The notes: generated by a model from the letters alone, not told the origin. Positions 10,551 through 20,256 are shown, numbered from the stretch's first letter. The stretch is DNA of 64,000 bases from Nitrosopumilus sp. (GCA_965223425.1 OZ245003.1:1248001-1312000), one strand, 5' to 3'. A program made the numbers and translations.

Positions 10551-10757
10551 TTGTTGATAATAATCTGTAAAGGAATTCAAAAAAATCGCAAATTTGAAAA
10601 ATGCACATTTCTTCATGATGGTAATTGGGGGGATGCTGAACTAGTTGAACATGAAAAATATCATAAATCTCTTGAAACTAGAAATTACTCTTGGCTGGGG
10701 TTTGATGCATCCCAGTCTCTTGGAAAATTTAGCGGACGTGATGGAAAGCGAACCTGA
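10551..10757 (+). CDS. hypothetical protein (Cys/His-containing)
   Basis: 68-aa ORF directly upstream of the DUF922-like gene. Confidence 0.6.
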   Translation: MLIIICKGIQKNRKFEKCTFLHDGNWGDAELVEHEKYHKSLETRNYSWLGFDASQSLGKFSGRDGKRT

Positions 10758-10783
10758 TCTCAATAATTTTATTCCCATAACGG

Positions 10784-11332
10784 ATGAAACAAAATATGGG
10801 CGAGAACAATGTTGTGGTTTGGTCAAAGAATTCTTTTCTTAAATGGTCTGATTTTCAAGCTGAATCAAACCCTGCAGTCTTTGAGGATTCTCATAGTGTA
10901 GTCAAATACAGGTACACTTGGACAGTTAATTCTGACGAAATAAAAAATCAAATTTTATTTTTTATTGAAAATATCCAACTTTCTGTAGAATTTCACCCTT
11001 TTTTGTCATGGGTTAGACCCTCACAGGCTGATGATAATTTGTTAAAGCATGAACAAGGACATTTTGATCTGGCAGAACTGGTTAAACGGGAAAACTTGAA
11101 ATCGATTCAAAATGAATTCTACGAAAAACGATTTCCGACAAGAGGTAAAAATGAGGAACAAAGAAAGCAATTTGCAAAAGAAGATTCGGGTAAAATGATT
11201 GGAAAAGAAATTGAAAAATTAGATGTGATTTTTTTGCAACAAAGTAAAAAATATGATGAAGAGACAAATTTTGGCCAAAATCTAGACAAACAATCAGAAT
11301 ATGACTCGGTCTTTGAAAAACTTAGACTGTAA
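10784..11332 (+). CDS. DUF922-family Zn-dependent peptidase-like protein
   Basis: LKWSDFQ, SWV, LLKHEQGHFDLAEL (HExxH), YDEETNFG motifs. Confidence 0.8.
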   Translation: MKQNMGENNVVVWSKNSFLKWSDFQAESNPAVFEDSHSVVKYRYTWTVNSDEIKNQILFFIENIQLSVEFHPFLSWVRPSQADDNLLKHEQGHFDLAELVKRENLKSIQNEFYEKRFPTRGKNEEQRKQFAKEDSGKMIGKEIEKLDVIFLQQSKKYDEETNFGQNLDKQSEYDSVFEKLRL

Positions 11333-11333
11333 A

Positions 11334-11612
11334 TTATTGTTTTTCAATAATTTTGTTTTCTGGAATTGAACTAATATAATTCACCAGGCTTCTATAATAT
11401 TTCAAATGAAAGCCCAAATCTCTTATTTCTGTTTGCTTTAACTCTTCTAACTCAGGTCCAAAATCCCTTCTGTCTGTTTGAATCTGGTTTAGTACACCTT
11501 CATTCACTTCAATCATGTGAAATAGACTGTGCAGCACTTCGCCTTTTGTGAGCGTGTTATCGCATGATTTTTTTAGCAACGTTTCAATCCAATCCATGTT
11601 TATTGAATTCAA
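11334..11612 (-). CDS. hypothetical protein
   Basis: 92-aa ORF; the true start may be MDWIET. Confidence 0.6.
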   Translation of the reverse strand: MNSINMDWIETLLKKSCDNTLTKGEVLHSLFHMIEVNEGVLNQIQTDRRDFGPELEELKQTEIRDLGFHLKYYRSLVNYISSIPENKIIEKQ

Positions 11613-11683
11613 AGTTGTTATATCCAGACCTGAATTTGATAAATTCTGACCTTTACTCTATTTTTTTTAGTTTAGGCTTACAA

Positions 11684-11815
11684 TTATTTTCTTGATGCCC
11701 GTTTTTTTCGGTTCATAATTTCCTTGTTTCTTTCTACATCTGAATGAACTTCTACATGTTCGTATAGCTGTTCTTTTGAATCAAACATCTGTTCACAGTA
11801 ATAACATTGATGCAT
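11684..11815 (-). CDS. Small C2H2 zinc-finger protein (43 aa)
   Basis: MHQCYYCEQMFDSKEQLYEHVEVHSD...; canonical CxxC-x3-F-x5-L-x2-H-x3-H. Confidence 0.75.
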   Translation of the reverse strand: MHQCYYCEQMFDSKEQLYEHVEVHSDVERNKEIMNRKKRASRK

Positions 11816-11837
11816 TTTATAATTACGTCAATCTTAG

Positions 11838-12030
11838 ATTAATTACTTTCTGTATTGGGTTCTGTGAAGTTATCGGGAGTTAACCCCTATAACTCGACTT
11901 TGACATATCGACTATTCGGATTACCGATGGTGTGCCGGATTCCGTCATCGCCGGCTCAAAAGTGCCGGACTGCGCTTCACATATGTCATCTCTACTGCCC
12001 CTAAACCTAGGGGGCAGCTTGCGTGATATG
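11838..12030 (-). ncRNA. Predicted TnpB omegaRNA (scaffold about 12030..11858 plus about 20-nt guide from flanking DNA)
   Basis: Stems CUGCCCC/GGGGCAG (11995-12017), UGACAUAU/AUAUGUCA (11981-11988 with 11901-11908), CCGGC/GCCGG (11951-11968), terminal hairpin 11868-11894; loop GGUUU can pair with the terminal GAACC; position matches the known tnpB 3'/right-end overlap. Confidence 0.6.
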
Positions 12031-13148
12031 TTGTTCATGGCAGCGACAATATCCCTGTCCATAAACAAACCGCAATTATTACACGACAGTTTACGATGCT
12101 GTTGCATGTCCTCTTGGAGTCTCTTTCCGCATTGCGGACACTGCGTGCTCGTGTTTCTTGGGTCTACTGTCTCGACTGGTGGGAGCCCGACCCATCGGGC
12201 TTTGTATTCTATTTGGCGTTGCAGCTCGTAGAATTGCCACCCGTTCAATCTGCGCCTGTACTTGTTGCCTTGACTGTTTCCTTTTCGGTACAATTTTCTT
12301 ATTCCTTTCAGGTTTTCCATGACGATTGCAGTCTTGTTTTTGACTGCGTTGTCTACTATATCCTTTGAGATTCTGTGGATGTACTGCCTTGCTCTGTCAG
12401 TCAGTCTTCTCTGTCTTTCCTTGCAGAACTGATTTTTCTTCCTGCGGTCATTTCTGTGGAAGCCTGCCCTGGCGTGTACTGTGTTCTCCTTTATGGATAA
12501 CAGTTTGTTTGTCTTGCAGACTGTCACCCCTTCCTTGTTCCCACACGTCACATTTCTTAGGTTTCTGTCTATTCCAACTTTCTTGGTGCACTCTATCTCT
12601 TGTACTTTTTTTGAAACACAAAGACTGATGTTGAGGGCAGTCAGTGAAAACGAGCGCACCGTCAGGGCGGGATCAGACAGGATTTTTTGGGTGTGATCGT
12701 TGAGTAAGATGTTGATTGGGTTATGCTTCTTGTATGGGATTGTTAGTAGTGCACCGTTGTGTTTTATGCCGTAACAGTTTGTCATAAAGGGATTTTTGAC
12801 TATTGGGTCTCTTATTCGGACACCTCGTTTGACTGATTGTTTTCTGTTTGATAATGTGCCTGCAGCTCTTGATATTGCACATATCTTGTATGACGATAAA
12901 ATGTCATAGTTACGCAATTCATGACAACATAACATGGACAGCCTCTTCATATCGTGAGTGTCTTCTTTCAACCCTATCTTGATGCAATGATTGGCCATCT
13001 TTGTGAATGTAGCCGCCATATCCATTAGGTCAGAGTTCGGCGCATATTTCTGTGATATTGGCTTTATCGCCTTCAGCGAATATCTTGCGGTTTGGAGGCT
13101 TGTACATTTTGGGAATTGACATGTAACTCCCGATAACTTCACAGAACC
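11858..13148 (-). mobile_element. Non-autonomous TIR-bounded element carrying only tnpB
   Basis: Perfect 25-bp TIR ggttctgtgaagttatcgggagtta (11858-11882 / 13124-13148); 8-bp direct repeat ctgtattg on both flanks (11850-11857, 13149-13156). Confidence 0.92.
11880..13142 (-). CDS. tnpB: RNA-guided endonuclease TnpB (IS200/IS605 OrfB family)
   Basis: RuvC-I VGIDRN, RuvC-II IVMENL, zinc ribbon CPQCG..CNNCG, RuvC-III MDRDIVAAMN, all catalytic residues present; the true start is probably internal (first ATG at 13025). Confidence 0.95.
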   Translation of the reverse strand: MKLSGVTCQFPKCTSLQTARYSLKAIKPISQKYAPNSDLMDMAATFTKMANHCIKIGLKEDTHDMKRLSMLCCHELRNYDILSSYKICAISRAAGTLSNRKQSVKRGVRIRDPIVKNPFMTNCYGIKHNGALLTIPYKKHNPINILLNDHTQKILSDPALTVRSFSLTALNISLCVSKKVQEIECTKKVGIDRNLRNVTCGNKEGVTVCKTNKLLSIKENTVHARAGFHRNDRRKKNQFCKERQRRLTDRARQYIHRISKDIVDNAVKNKTAIVMENLKGIRKLYRKGNSQGNKYRRRLNGWQFYELQRQIEYKARWVGLPPVETVDPRNTSTQCPQCGKRLQEDMQQHRKLSCNNCGLFMDRDIVAAMNNISRKLPPRFRGSRDDICEAQSGTFEPAMTESGTPSVIRIVDMSKSSYRG

Positions 13149-13190
13149 CTGTATTGTATGAAAAATTTGTTCCTGTATTCTGTTAAACGT

Positions 13191-13529
13191 TCATGAAGTT
13201 TCTAACTCAATTTCGAAATTACATATGGGCAGCTTGCCTGATTCGTTTTTGAACTGTTCTATTAGTTGAAGCTGACGCTCTTTTGGACTGCCTGTAAATT
13301 CTCTTTGGTATGATTGAGTTTTCTGCTTGCATTCATTTCCTTCAAAATTGGTATCTACATATTTTGTAAATATTTTTTCTAGATTATTTGATTCACCAAC
13401 ATATATTGCCTCTTTTTGTCTGTTGTATAATACGTATACTCCTGGAATTGGTTTAACGAATTTAGCGCTCTCGAGCCAAACCCTCATTTTATCATCAAGT
13501 AGCTGCTGCATACTTGAAGATATTTTCAC
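13191..13529 (-). CDS. GIY-YIG nuclease-like protein
   Basis: PGVYVLYN...IYVGESNNL motif. Confidence 0.8.
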   Translation of the reverse strand: MKISSSMQQLLDDKMRVWLESAKFVKPIPGVYVLYNRQKEAIYVGESNNLEKIFTKYVDTNFEGNECKQKTQSYQREFTGSPKERQLQLIEQFKNESGKLPICNFEIELETS

Positions 13530-13611
13530 TAGATATTAAACTTAGATTGCAAAAACTTTGATATTAGAAGAACCTTAATGCTTTTAATATTGAGAAAAAG
13601 GATGGTTAATC

Positions 13612-15291
13612 CTGTCTCTTTTAGAAAAATTTCCTGAGCCATTTACTCCTCGAGAAATTCAAAAAGAGATCATTGCAGAGATTGAAGAGAAGCTAAAGTC
13701 AGGATATAGAAAAATTATTTTGTGTGCCCCTACTGGAGTTGGCAAATCCTTAGTTGGGGCCACTGTTTCTAGGTATTTTGACAGCTCATTTACTGTTACT
13801 GCATCAAAGCATCTACAGGATCAATACATCAAAGACATTCCATTCCTTAAGCCAGTAAAAGGAAAACAAAACTTCCCTTGCCTTAAGCTGATGTCATCTG
13901 AAAAAGTTGAGAATGCTAGACGAGCTATGCGATGGGGATTAACCTGTGACAAAGGCCAATGCCAAGAACGGGCAATTAAAAATGGCAAAGAAATCGTTGA
14001 GATCTGTAAATTCAAACCGACAATTAAACAAGTTGAAGAAAACACCCATGATTCGCAATCCTGTCACTATTATTTACAAAAATATGATGCCCTTGCATCA
14101 AAACATTCTTTGTGGAACTATTACGCGTTTTTTCAAATTATGAAGTTTAACAAAAAGCTTTTTGGGGATTATCTTGATAAAAAAGTTTCAATTTTTGATG
14201 AGGCTCATAAAATTGAGGATCAAATCATCCAATTTATTGGATTTGATATTTTTAGTGGTCAAATAGATGAATGTAACCTAAATCCTGACAAGTATAATTT
14301 CACAGATTTAGATTCTATGATCCAACTAACTGATGACATCGCTTATTCATATGCCAAGAAAATTAGGGACATAAAAGAAAGCTCTGCGTTTGAAAACAAT
14401 CCTGATTATGAACTAATTACAAAATTAGAAAGGCGTTTTGATATGGCCGCCCAGGCAAAAATTGACATTTTATCAGACAAAGAAAATTTTATTGTAAATG
14501 ATCCTCTAAAAGATTTGAATGGGAATTTTAGAACTATTTCTATAAAACCTATCGATGTTTCAAAGTTTGCAAATACTTTTTTTGAAACCGAATATCAAAT
14601 TTTCATGTCTGCCACAATTGATAAATCAAGTTTTTGTGAAAATATGGGTTTGGAAAAAGAAGATGTTGCATTTGTTGATACTAAAAAATCCCCATTTCCG
14701 ATTGAACACAGAAAAATTGATCTTTTGAATATCCGACGTCTTAGCTATGGCTCAACTGAAGAAGATGAAATTGAAGCAATCAAAACAATTGATAGGATTT
14801 TAGATGAGCATTCAAATGAAAGGGGCCTGATTTTAACGTCTTCTGTTCCCCGATGTCAAAAAATTCTTCGGTATCTTTCCCCAAAAAATACTAAAAGAGT
14901 TAGAATTTGCCATAGTAAAAACAAAGATGGGAAAACACAAGATGAGATCATCTCTGAGCATGCCTCTGATCCTACCGGTGTTTTATTGTCGTCTTCGCTT
15001 TGGGAAGGAGTGGATTTGAAGGATGACTTGTCCAGATTTCAAATTGTTGCAAAAATACCTTATCCAAATTATACAGAAAAGAGAACCAAAGCAAAAATGG
15101 ACAAATTTCCCTTGTGGTATACGTCTCAGACTCTAACTAAATTGTTACAAGGGTTTGGCCGCTCAATTAGAAGTAATGATGATTGGGCCAGAACTTATGT
15201 CATAGATGCTGCCGTGAATAACGTATTTTTTAAAGCCCAGCAAATGATTCCAAAGGCGTACTATGATGTTTTAGGAATTGATAACCAGTAG
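13612..15291 (+). CDS. DinG/Rad3(XPD)-like ATP-dependent DNA helicase
   Basis: Q-motif PREIQ upstream of the track start, APTGVGKS, Cys cluster, DEAH, MSAT, WEGVD, QGFGRSIRSNDDW; frame is open from a CTG at 13612. Confidence 0.9.
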   Translation: MSLLEKFPEPFTPREIQKEIIAEIEEKLKSGYRKIILCAPTGVGKSLVGATVSRYFDSSFTVTASKHLQDQYIKDIPFLKPVKGKQNFPCLKLMSSEKVENARRAMRWGLTCDKGQCQERAIKNGKEIVEICKFKPTIKQVEENTHDSQSCHYYLQKYDALASKHSLWNYYAFFQIMKFNKKLFGDYLDKKVSIFDEAHKIEDQIIQFIGFDIFSGQIDECNLNPDKYNFTDLDSMIQLTDDIAYSYAKKIRDIKESSAFENNPDYELITKLERRFDMAAQAKIDILSDKENFIVNDPLKDLNGNFRTISIKPIDVSKFANTFFETEYQIFMSATIDKSSFCENMGLEKEDVAFVDTKKSPFPIEHRKIDLLNIRRLSYGSTEEDEIEAIKTIDRILDEHSNERGLILTSSVPRCQKILRYLSPKNTKRVRICHSKNKDGKTQDEIISEHASDPTGVLLSSSLWEGVDLKDDLSRFQIVAKIPYPNYTEKRTKAKMDKFPLWYTSQTLTKLLQGFGRSIRSNDDWARTYVIDAAVNNVFFKAQQMIPKAYYDVLGIDNQ

Positions 15292-15298
15292 GTTATTT

Positions 15299-15511
15299 TT
15301 ATGGGTTAAGGTTTTTGAAATCTAGACACTTTGAATCGTATTCGTTCAAGTATTGTTTACTGTTAATTTGCGGATCTTTTATGTAAATTTCACATGTTTC
15401 AGGATCTATGAGCTTGCCTCCGCCTGAATCATTCATAGCAAATTGTGCAACCAGAATTACCAAAAGAACAACTATCAAAATAACTGGTAACTTTTTTGAA
15501 GAAATATCCAC
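15299..15511 (-). CDS. hypothetical membrane-anchored protein
   Basis: N-terminal hydrophobic helix and a Cys pair. Confidence 0.65.
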   Translation of the reverse strand: MDISSKKLPVILIVVLLVILVAQFAMNDSGGGKLIDPETCEIYIKDPQINSKQYLNEYDSKCLDFKNLNP

Positions 15512-15718
15512 ACATTCTCCTTGATAATTTTGGACTTAAGGGTATTGTGGAATAAAGCCTGTAACATATAGCAGATTGCATAAAAAATAATACTTTTAAT
15601 GGAATTTCATACCTGTATTTTAAGAACTGAAAAACCCATTTTTAATCAAAAATCTGTAAATGGGAATTATCGTTCCAAATGTACCTAACACGAAAAACAT
15701 ATTTTTTCCAGTATAGTG

Positions 15719-15805
15719 CAGCTAAGCGAAATGATTAAGGAACACTCTCATGTGCAGAACCAAACCGCTGATCTGATCTCAGATTTGAGGCATTTCGCTT
15801 AGCTG
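15719..15805. mobile_element. MITE (87 bp) with ISH3-type ends
   Basis: Perfect 15-bp TIR cagctaagcgaaatg / catttcgcttagctg; the first 14 bp equal the IR at the end of the ISH3 element 61674..62750. Confidence 0.8.
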
Positions 15806-16020
15806 TAATAAAATTGATTCAAACTTTTACAGAATTTTTTATCATCTCCTTCTTTATCATCACAATTAGGAAGAATTGGATTAGTTACAAGCCAGAGGTG
15901 ATCTTCTGCTATACTAGCTATATTTCCAACAATGAAACCAACAATTAACACAACAATTGCAACTCCTATCGTTAACATATTTTCTATCATATTCTGAGTG
16001 ATTTTACCCTTAAAATCCAT
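15799..16020 (-). CDS. hypothetical single-pass membrane protein (stop lies in the MITE TIR)
   Basis: One TM helix and a Cys pair; the stop codon is supplied by the MITE. Confidence 0.45.
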   Translation of the reverse strand: MDFKGKITQNMIENMLTIGVAIVVLIVGFIVGNIASIAEDHLWLVTNPILPNCDDKEGDDKKFCKSLNQFYYS

Positions 16021-16216
16021 GCAATATGTGAGAATAGTCTATTTTGAGTCTATGACTAGTAATTCCTTTTGAGATTTTATTCCCAAAACCGATCAAAACA
16101 TGATTCAAAACATTCGCGTAGTTTAAATAATTAAATTCGTCATTGTGGTAAATGACTACTATCATTAAGATTTTTAGTTTTTCTTTTTTCAAAAAAGTAA
16201 TTGGAGATATCTCACA

Positions 16217-16924
16217 ATGAATCCAAAAGAAGAATTAATTTTAAAAATTTTATCTTCTGTAGACGTGATTCAAGGCAAAACCAAATTTATAAAAATTCTT
16301 CATTTTACTTGTAAATTATTTGAAGAACATCAAATAGAACCTCCATTTAAATTCAGACCAGATAATTTTGGAGTTTATTCCCCCGAGTTAGAACCCACAT
16401 TAGAAAATCTTGAAAGTAATAGATATGTTAAGATCACTCGCACTATATTTTCTAAAAGAAATGATTTATCTTTGTTGAATAGAAGTCATGCATTTCAAAA
16501 TGAGGATGTTCTAAAGTTAAGTCCCAAAATTGACCTCTTGGTACAAACATTGAATCCTTATTCATCTGATGAAGTTGTTGCAATTTCATATTATTTGTTT
16601 CCAGAAATGGCGGTAAATAGCCTGATTAAACCTAAAATTAATAAAAAAATTAATGAATTGTTTTCAATTTCAGATCCAGATTTTGAGGATTCTATGATGG
16701 AAAACCCATTGACTAGTCCTGTTTTTTCAGAAAGCAGAACCTTGTCCCCTCAGTTTAACGATCTTGATGTAAGAATGCGTATGATGAAATCCATTGGATT
16801 GGAAGAATTGCTGCCCATCATTCCTAATTCCATTGATAATTCTTCAGGGATTATTGCAAATGAGACTTTCATTTTAAAAAAATATGATTTTGAAAAGCTT
16901 CTAGGCGATGCCAGACGCAGATAA
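16217..16924 (+). CDS. Putative wHTH antitoxin (YwgA/SocA-like)
   Basis: IQGKTKFIKILHF...FKFRPDNFGVYSPEL resembles the G.TKLQK..F..Y.F....GP.S pattern; overlaps a PIN gene. Confidence 0.6.
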   Translation: MNPKEELILKILSSVDVIQGKTKFIKILHFTCKLFEEHQIEPPFKFRPDNFGVYSPELEPTLENLESNRYVKITRTIFSKRNDLSLLNRSHAFQNEDVLKLSPKIDLLVQTLNPYSSDEVVAISYYLFPEMAVNSLIKPKINKKINELFSISDPDFEDSMMENPLTSPVFSESRTLSPQFNDLDVRMRMMKSIGLEELLPIIPNSIDNSSGIIANETFILKKYDFEKLLGDARRR

Positions 16925-17433
16925 AGTCTATTTTGATACAATGCTGTATCTAAATAAATTTCAAGATCCTTACACTGTTAGACCTGAAGTAAATCATATG
17001 TTTAGTAGTGACATCTGGTGAATTTAGATTGGTAATTTCTCAAACCACTTTGATGGAAATTTATCATGTCTTGTGCCTACCTCTTGAAAAAGTACGTAAC
17101 TTTAAAGAAGCCTCTGCCATGATGGATGAAATTGATAAAGTCTATACTCGTATTCGTACTGCCAGGCTGTCTTTTCCAAATACTGAATTCCCAGACAATG
17201 AATTTAATGGTATTAATTCATGTGATATGATAAATTTTGTAGAACATGTTCTTGGCTCTTCCTTGATTGATTTTCATGGGAAAAAATTGCCTGGTTCTAT
17301 GGATTTTTTTCATGTAATGATTGCATTGAATCTTAATTGTACCAAATTTTTTACTGAAGATCGAGGTGTTCTTGGTTTAGAATCATATCAACAGAAAGGA
17401 AATCTGAAAATCATAAAACCGTACCGTCCTTAA
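16908..17433 (+). pseudogene. PIN-domain toxin, frameshifted
   Basis: MPDADKVYFDTMLYL in one frame; LVISQTTLME, MDFFHV, FFTED in another; break at about 17000-17008. Confidence 0.75.
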
Positions 17434-17527
17434 TATTCTACTTTTTGATTTAATTTGATACCTCTGGAAAGATCATAAAGTCAGGACTCTCAAAGAGTTG
17501 CTTGAAGAACTGTGTAGCGATTACAAA

Positions 17528-17674
17528 TTGTGGGATCTAAAATGGGCAAATCATCTCATCAGACAATATAAGAAACTTGATTCTGACATGCAACATATTG
17601 TAGACAATGTGCTTGCAGACATTGCATCCTCAGCAAACCCATCTAATTTGGAGTGTAATACAATTAGAACATGA
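17528..17674 (+). pseudogene. Truncated RelE/ParE-like toxin remnant
   Basis: WDLKWANHLIRQYKKLDSDMQHIVDNVLADIASSANP resembles a RelE N-terminus; preceded by an antitoxin-like tail (TLKELLEEL). Confidence 0.45.
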
Positions 17675-17873
17675 GAATCTTTTCTTATGAGCAACTTTTG
17701 CTCTGCACTATAATGCCACAAAACATCATGAAAATGCGGTTAACGGTATTTTTTTAGTAAACCTGTAGTAGATAACAGCAATTTGATATTATAATGTAAT
17801 TTCCTACCTGTTATCCCTAGAGATTATTTTAGATCGCGATCTATAAAGATTGTGGACAAATCGTTCACATCTT

Positions 17874-19547
17874 CTAGAGATTTGGACTGGTGACTGCGCC
17901 TTTTGCAGCAGAACCCACCAAGGTCGCATATTTTGCAAGAGCTCCTGATGTATAGTTAGGCTTGGGCGGACTCCACTGTTTTCTTCTACTTTCTAGCTCT
18001 CCTTCTGAAACATGAAGATTAATTGCGTTAGTCTCAGTGTCGATTGTTATTTCATCCCCATCTTTTACTAGTGCAATTGGTCCGCCGACATATGCCTCGG
18101 GGGCAACATGGCCTACCATAAACCCGCGAGTTCCTCCAGAAAATCGCCCATCTGTAACCATTGCCACTTTTTTACCCAAACCTTGGCCTACTAAGGCCGC
18201 TGTTGTGGCTAACATTTCTCTCATTCCTGGACCTCCCTTTGGCCCTTCATACCTGATTACTATTACGTGCCCATCGTCGATTTCTCCTTTTGATACTGCA
18301 TCAAATGCAAATTCTTCTCTATCAAACACTCTGGCCTTTCCGGTAAATTTTGCCATCTCTACCCCTGCTGTTTTTATTACTGCACCTTCCGGGGCTAAAC
18401 TTCCTTTGAGGATCACTGCAGTTCCAACTGTGTGTAATGGGTTTTCAATTGATCTTACAATGCTTTGCTCTATTTCGGGAATTTTTATTGAAACAAGATT
18501 TTCTTTAATTGTTTTGCCGGTGACTGTGACACAATTCTCATTTAGTAATCCTTTGTCTAATAATTTTTTCAACACAAATGGAATTCCGCCAACTTTATCA
18601 AGTGAATTCATTACATAGTTTCCGCCCGGTTTCATGTCTGCTAAATGTGGCGTTCTTTTTCTTATTCTCTCAAAATCATCATAACCCAAATCTATGTTTA
18701 CTTCATTTGCAAGTGCAAGCAAGTGTAGTATTCCATTTGTTGAACCTCCTACAGAATTTAACATTGTTATGGCATTCTCAAATGCTTCAAAGGATAAAAT
18801 TTCCTTGGGCCTTACATTCATCTCTAATAGTTTGGCGCATGCTACTCCTGTATCATATACCATTTTTTCTCGCCTGTCATCTTCTGCTGGCGGACTAGCG
18901 CTTCCTGGCAACGCTAGACCAATTGCTTCAGAAATAGATGCCATAGTATTTGCAGTGAACATGCCTCCACAAGATCCTGCGTTTGGACAAGCCGTGTTTT
19001 CAATATTTTTTAATGCTTCAAGGGTTAACTGGCCTGCATCATATGCTCCTACTGCTTCGTATACATCTACTATTGTTAATTCTTGACCATCAAGCATTCC
19101 CGGCATAATGGTTCCCCCATAAACAAATACTGATGGAATGTTTAGTCTCGCCATTGCCATCATTGTTCCAGGTAAGCTTTTGTCACAGCCGGCAATCCCG
19201 ACTAGTGCATCATATTGGTGAGCCCGAACCATTAACTCAATTGAATCTGCAATGACTTCTCGAGAAATTAATGATGATTTCATTCCTTCATGCCCCATTG
19301 CAATTCCATCACTTACTGCAATCGTTGAAAATTCTCTTGGCGTTGCACCAGTATCTGATACCCCTTCCTTAGCTTTTAGAGCTAATCCTGGAAGATGAAT
19401 ATTGCATGGCGTTGCTTCATTTCCTGTATGACAAACACCGATGAACTGTTTTGACAAGTCATCATCATCGAGTCCCATAGCTTTGTACATTGCTCTATGT
19501 GGTGCTCTGGCAGTCCCCTCCACAACATTCCTACTAGAAATTTCCAT
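17874..19547 (-). CDS. ilvD: Dihydroxy-acid dehydratase
   Basis: [59 protein letters not shown]. Confidence 0.98.
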   Translation of the reverse strand: MEISSRNVVEGTARAPHRAMYKAMGLDDDDLSKQFIGVCHTGNEATPCNIHLPGLALKAKEGVSDTGATPREFSTIAVSDGIAMGHEGMKSSLISREVIADSIELMVRAHQYDALVGIAGCDKSLPGTMMAMARLNIPSVFVYGGTIMPGMLDGQELTIVDVYEAVGAYDAGQLTLEALKNIENTACPNAGSCGGMFTANTMASISEAIGLALPGSASPPAEDDRREKMVYDTGVACAKLLEMNVRPKEILSFEAFENAITMLNSVGGSTNGILHLLALANEVNIDLGYDDFERIRKRTPHLADMKPGGNYVMNSLDKVGGIPFVLKKLLDKGLLNENCVTVTGKTIKENLVSIKIPEIEQSIVRSIENPLHTVGTAVILKGSLAPEGAVIKTAGVEMAKFTGKARVFDREEFAFDAVSKGEIDDGHVIVIRYEGPKGGPGMREMLATTAALVGQGLGKKVAMVTDGRFSGGTRGFMVGHVAPEAYVGGPIALVKDGDEITIDTETNAINLHVSEGELESRRKQWSPPKPNYTSGALAKYATLVGSAAKGAVTSPNL

Positions 19548-19592
19548 AACGTGTGATTTTGCGTTTGCTATAATTTAGACTTTGTTGAACTA

Positions 19593-20189
19593 TCACTTGA
19601 TTATTTCTTGGCTGTCTAACTGTAACAAGTATGCGTCTATCTCCTCAGGCGTTTCTCCGCCATACAGAATCAATATTCTGTCATCCTCCATGATCTCATA
19701 GTCTCTAATATCTGAAACTACTTCTCCATTAATGAAGAATCTTAATGTATAGTCTTCTTGTGTACAGAAAGATTTCCCGTCTGGGAATACATAACATTGA
19801 TCATCAAGACCTATGTTTAATGTTTCAAACAAATATCCAAGTGTAACACCTGTGGCATGTTTGTGAATAGTGGTGCCATCCCTTCCCTCAAAATGAATCC
19901 AGCTTGATTTGATTTGGAAAGCTGGGCCATCAAAGGCAAACGTATCTCCAAAAATCTTCACTAAAATTGCCGCATGGTCATGTGCACTGCCTAACGCACC
20001 TGCGTTTTCTGGCCCTCCCGGAGCAGTCTCTGTTATGGTCGTAAACAGGAATGCCGAATACCCAACAATGACTGCTATTACTACAAAAACACCTACTGCA
20101 ATTAGGGTCTCTTTCCTTTTCTTAGCTGAATGTTTTGTGGCATAGTTTTCACGCTTTTGTTCACGCTCTCTTCTTTCTTTTCGTCCCAT
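19593..20189 (-). CDS. Membrane-anchored His-motif protein
   Basis: Basic N-terminus, one TM helix, HDHAA / WIHFE / TIHKH motifs. Confidence 0.75.
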   Translation of the reverse strand: MGRKERREREQKRENYATKHSAKKRKETLIAVGVFVVIAVIVGYSAFLFTTITETAPGGPENAGALGSAHDHAAILVKIFGDTFAFDGPAFQIKSSWIHFEGRDGTTIHKHATGVTLGYLFETLNIGLDDQCYVFPDGKSFCTQEDYTLRFFINGEVVSDIRDYEIMEDDRILILYGGETPEEIDAYLLQLDSQEIIK

Positions 20190-20256
20190 GAGATGAACTG
20201 ATTCTAAAATTTACCCTAATTAACCATTCGATAAAAACAATAAATAAAATCATAAA

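Noticed and set aside
18037-19086. Long plus-strand ORFs opposite ilvD (and similar shadow ORFs opposite gatAB, aspS, phn genes and transposases)
   Set aside because: Antisense shadows of well-supported genes with no recognisable motifs.
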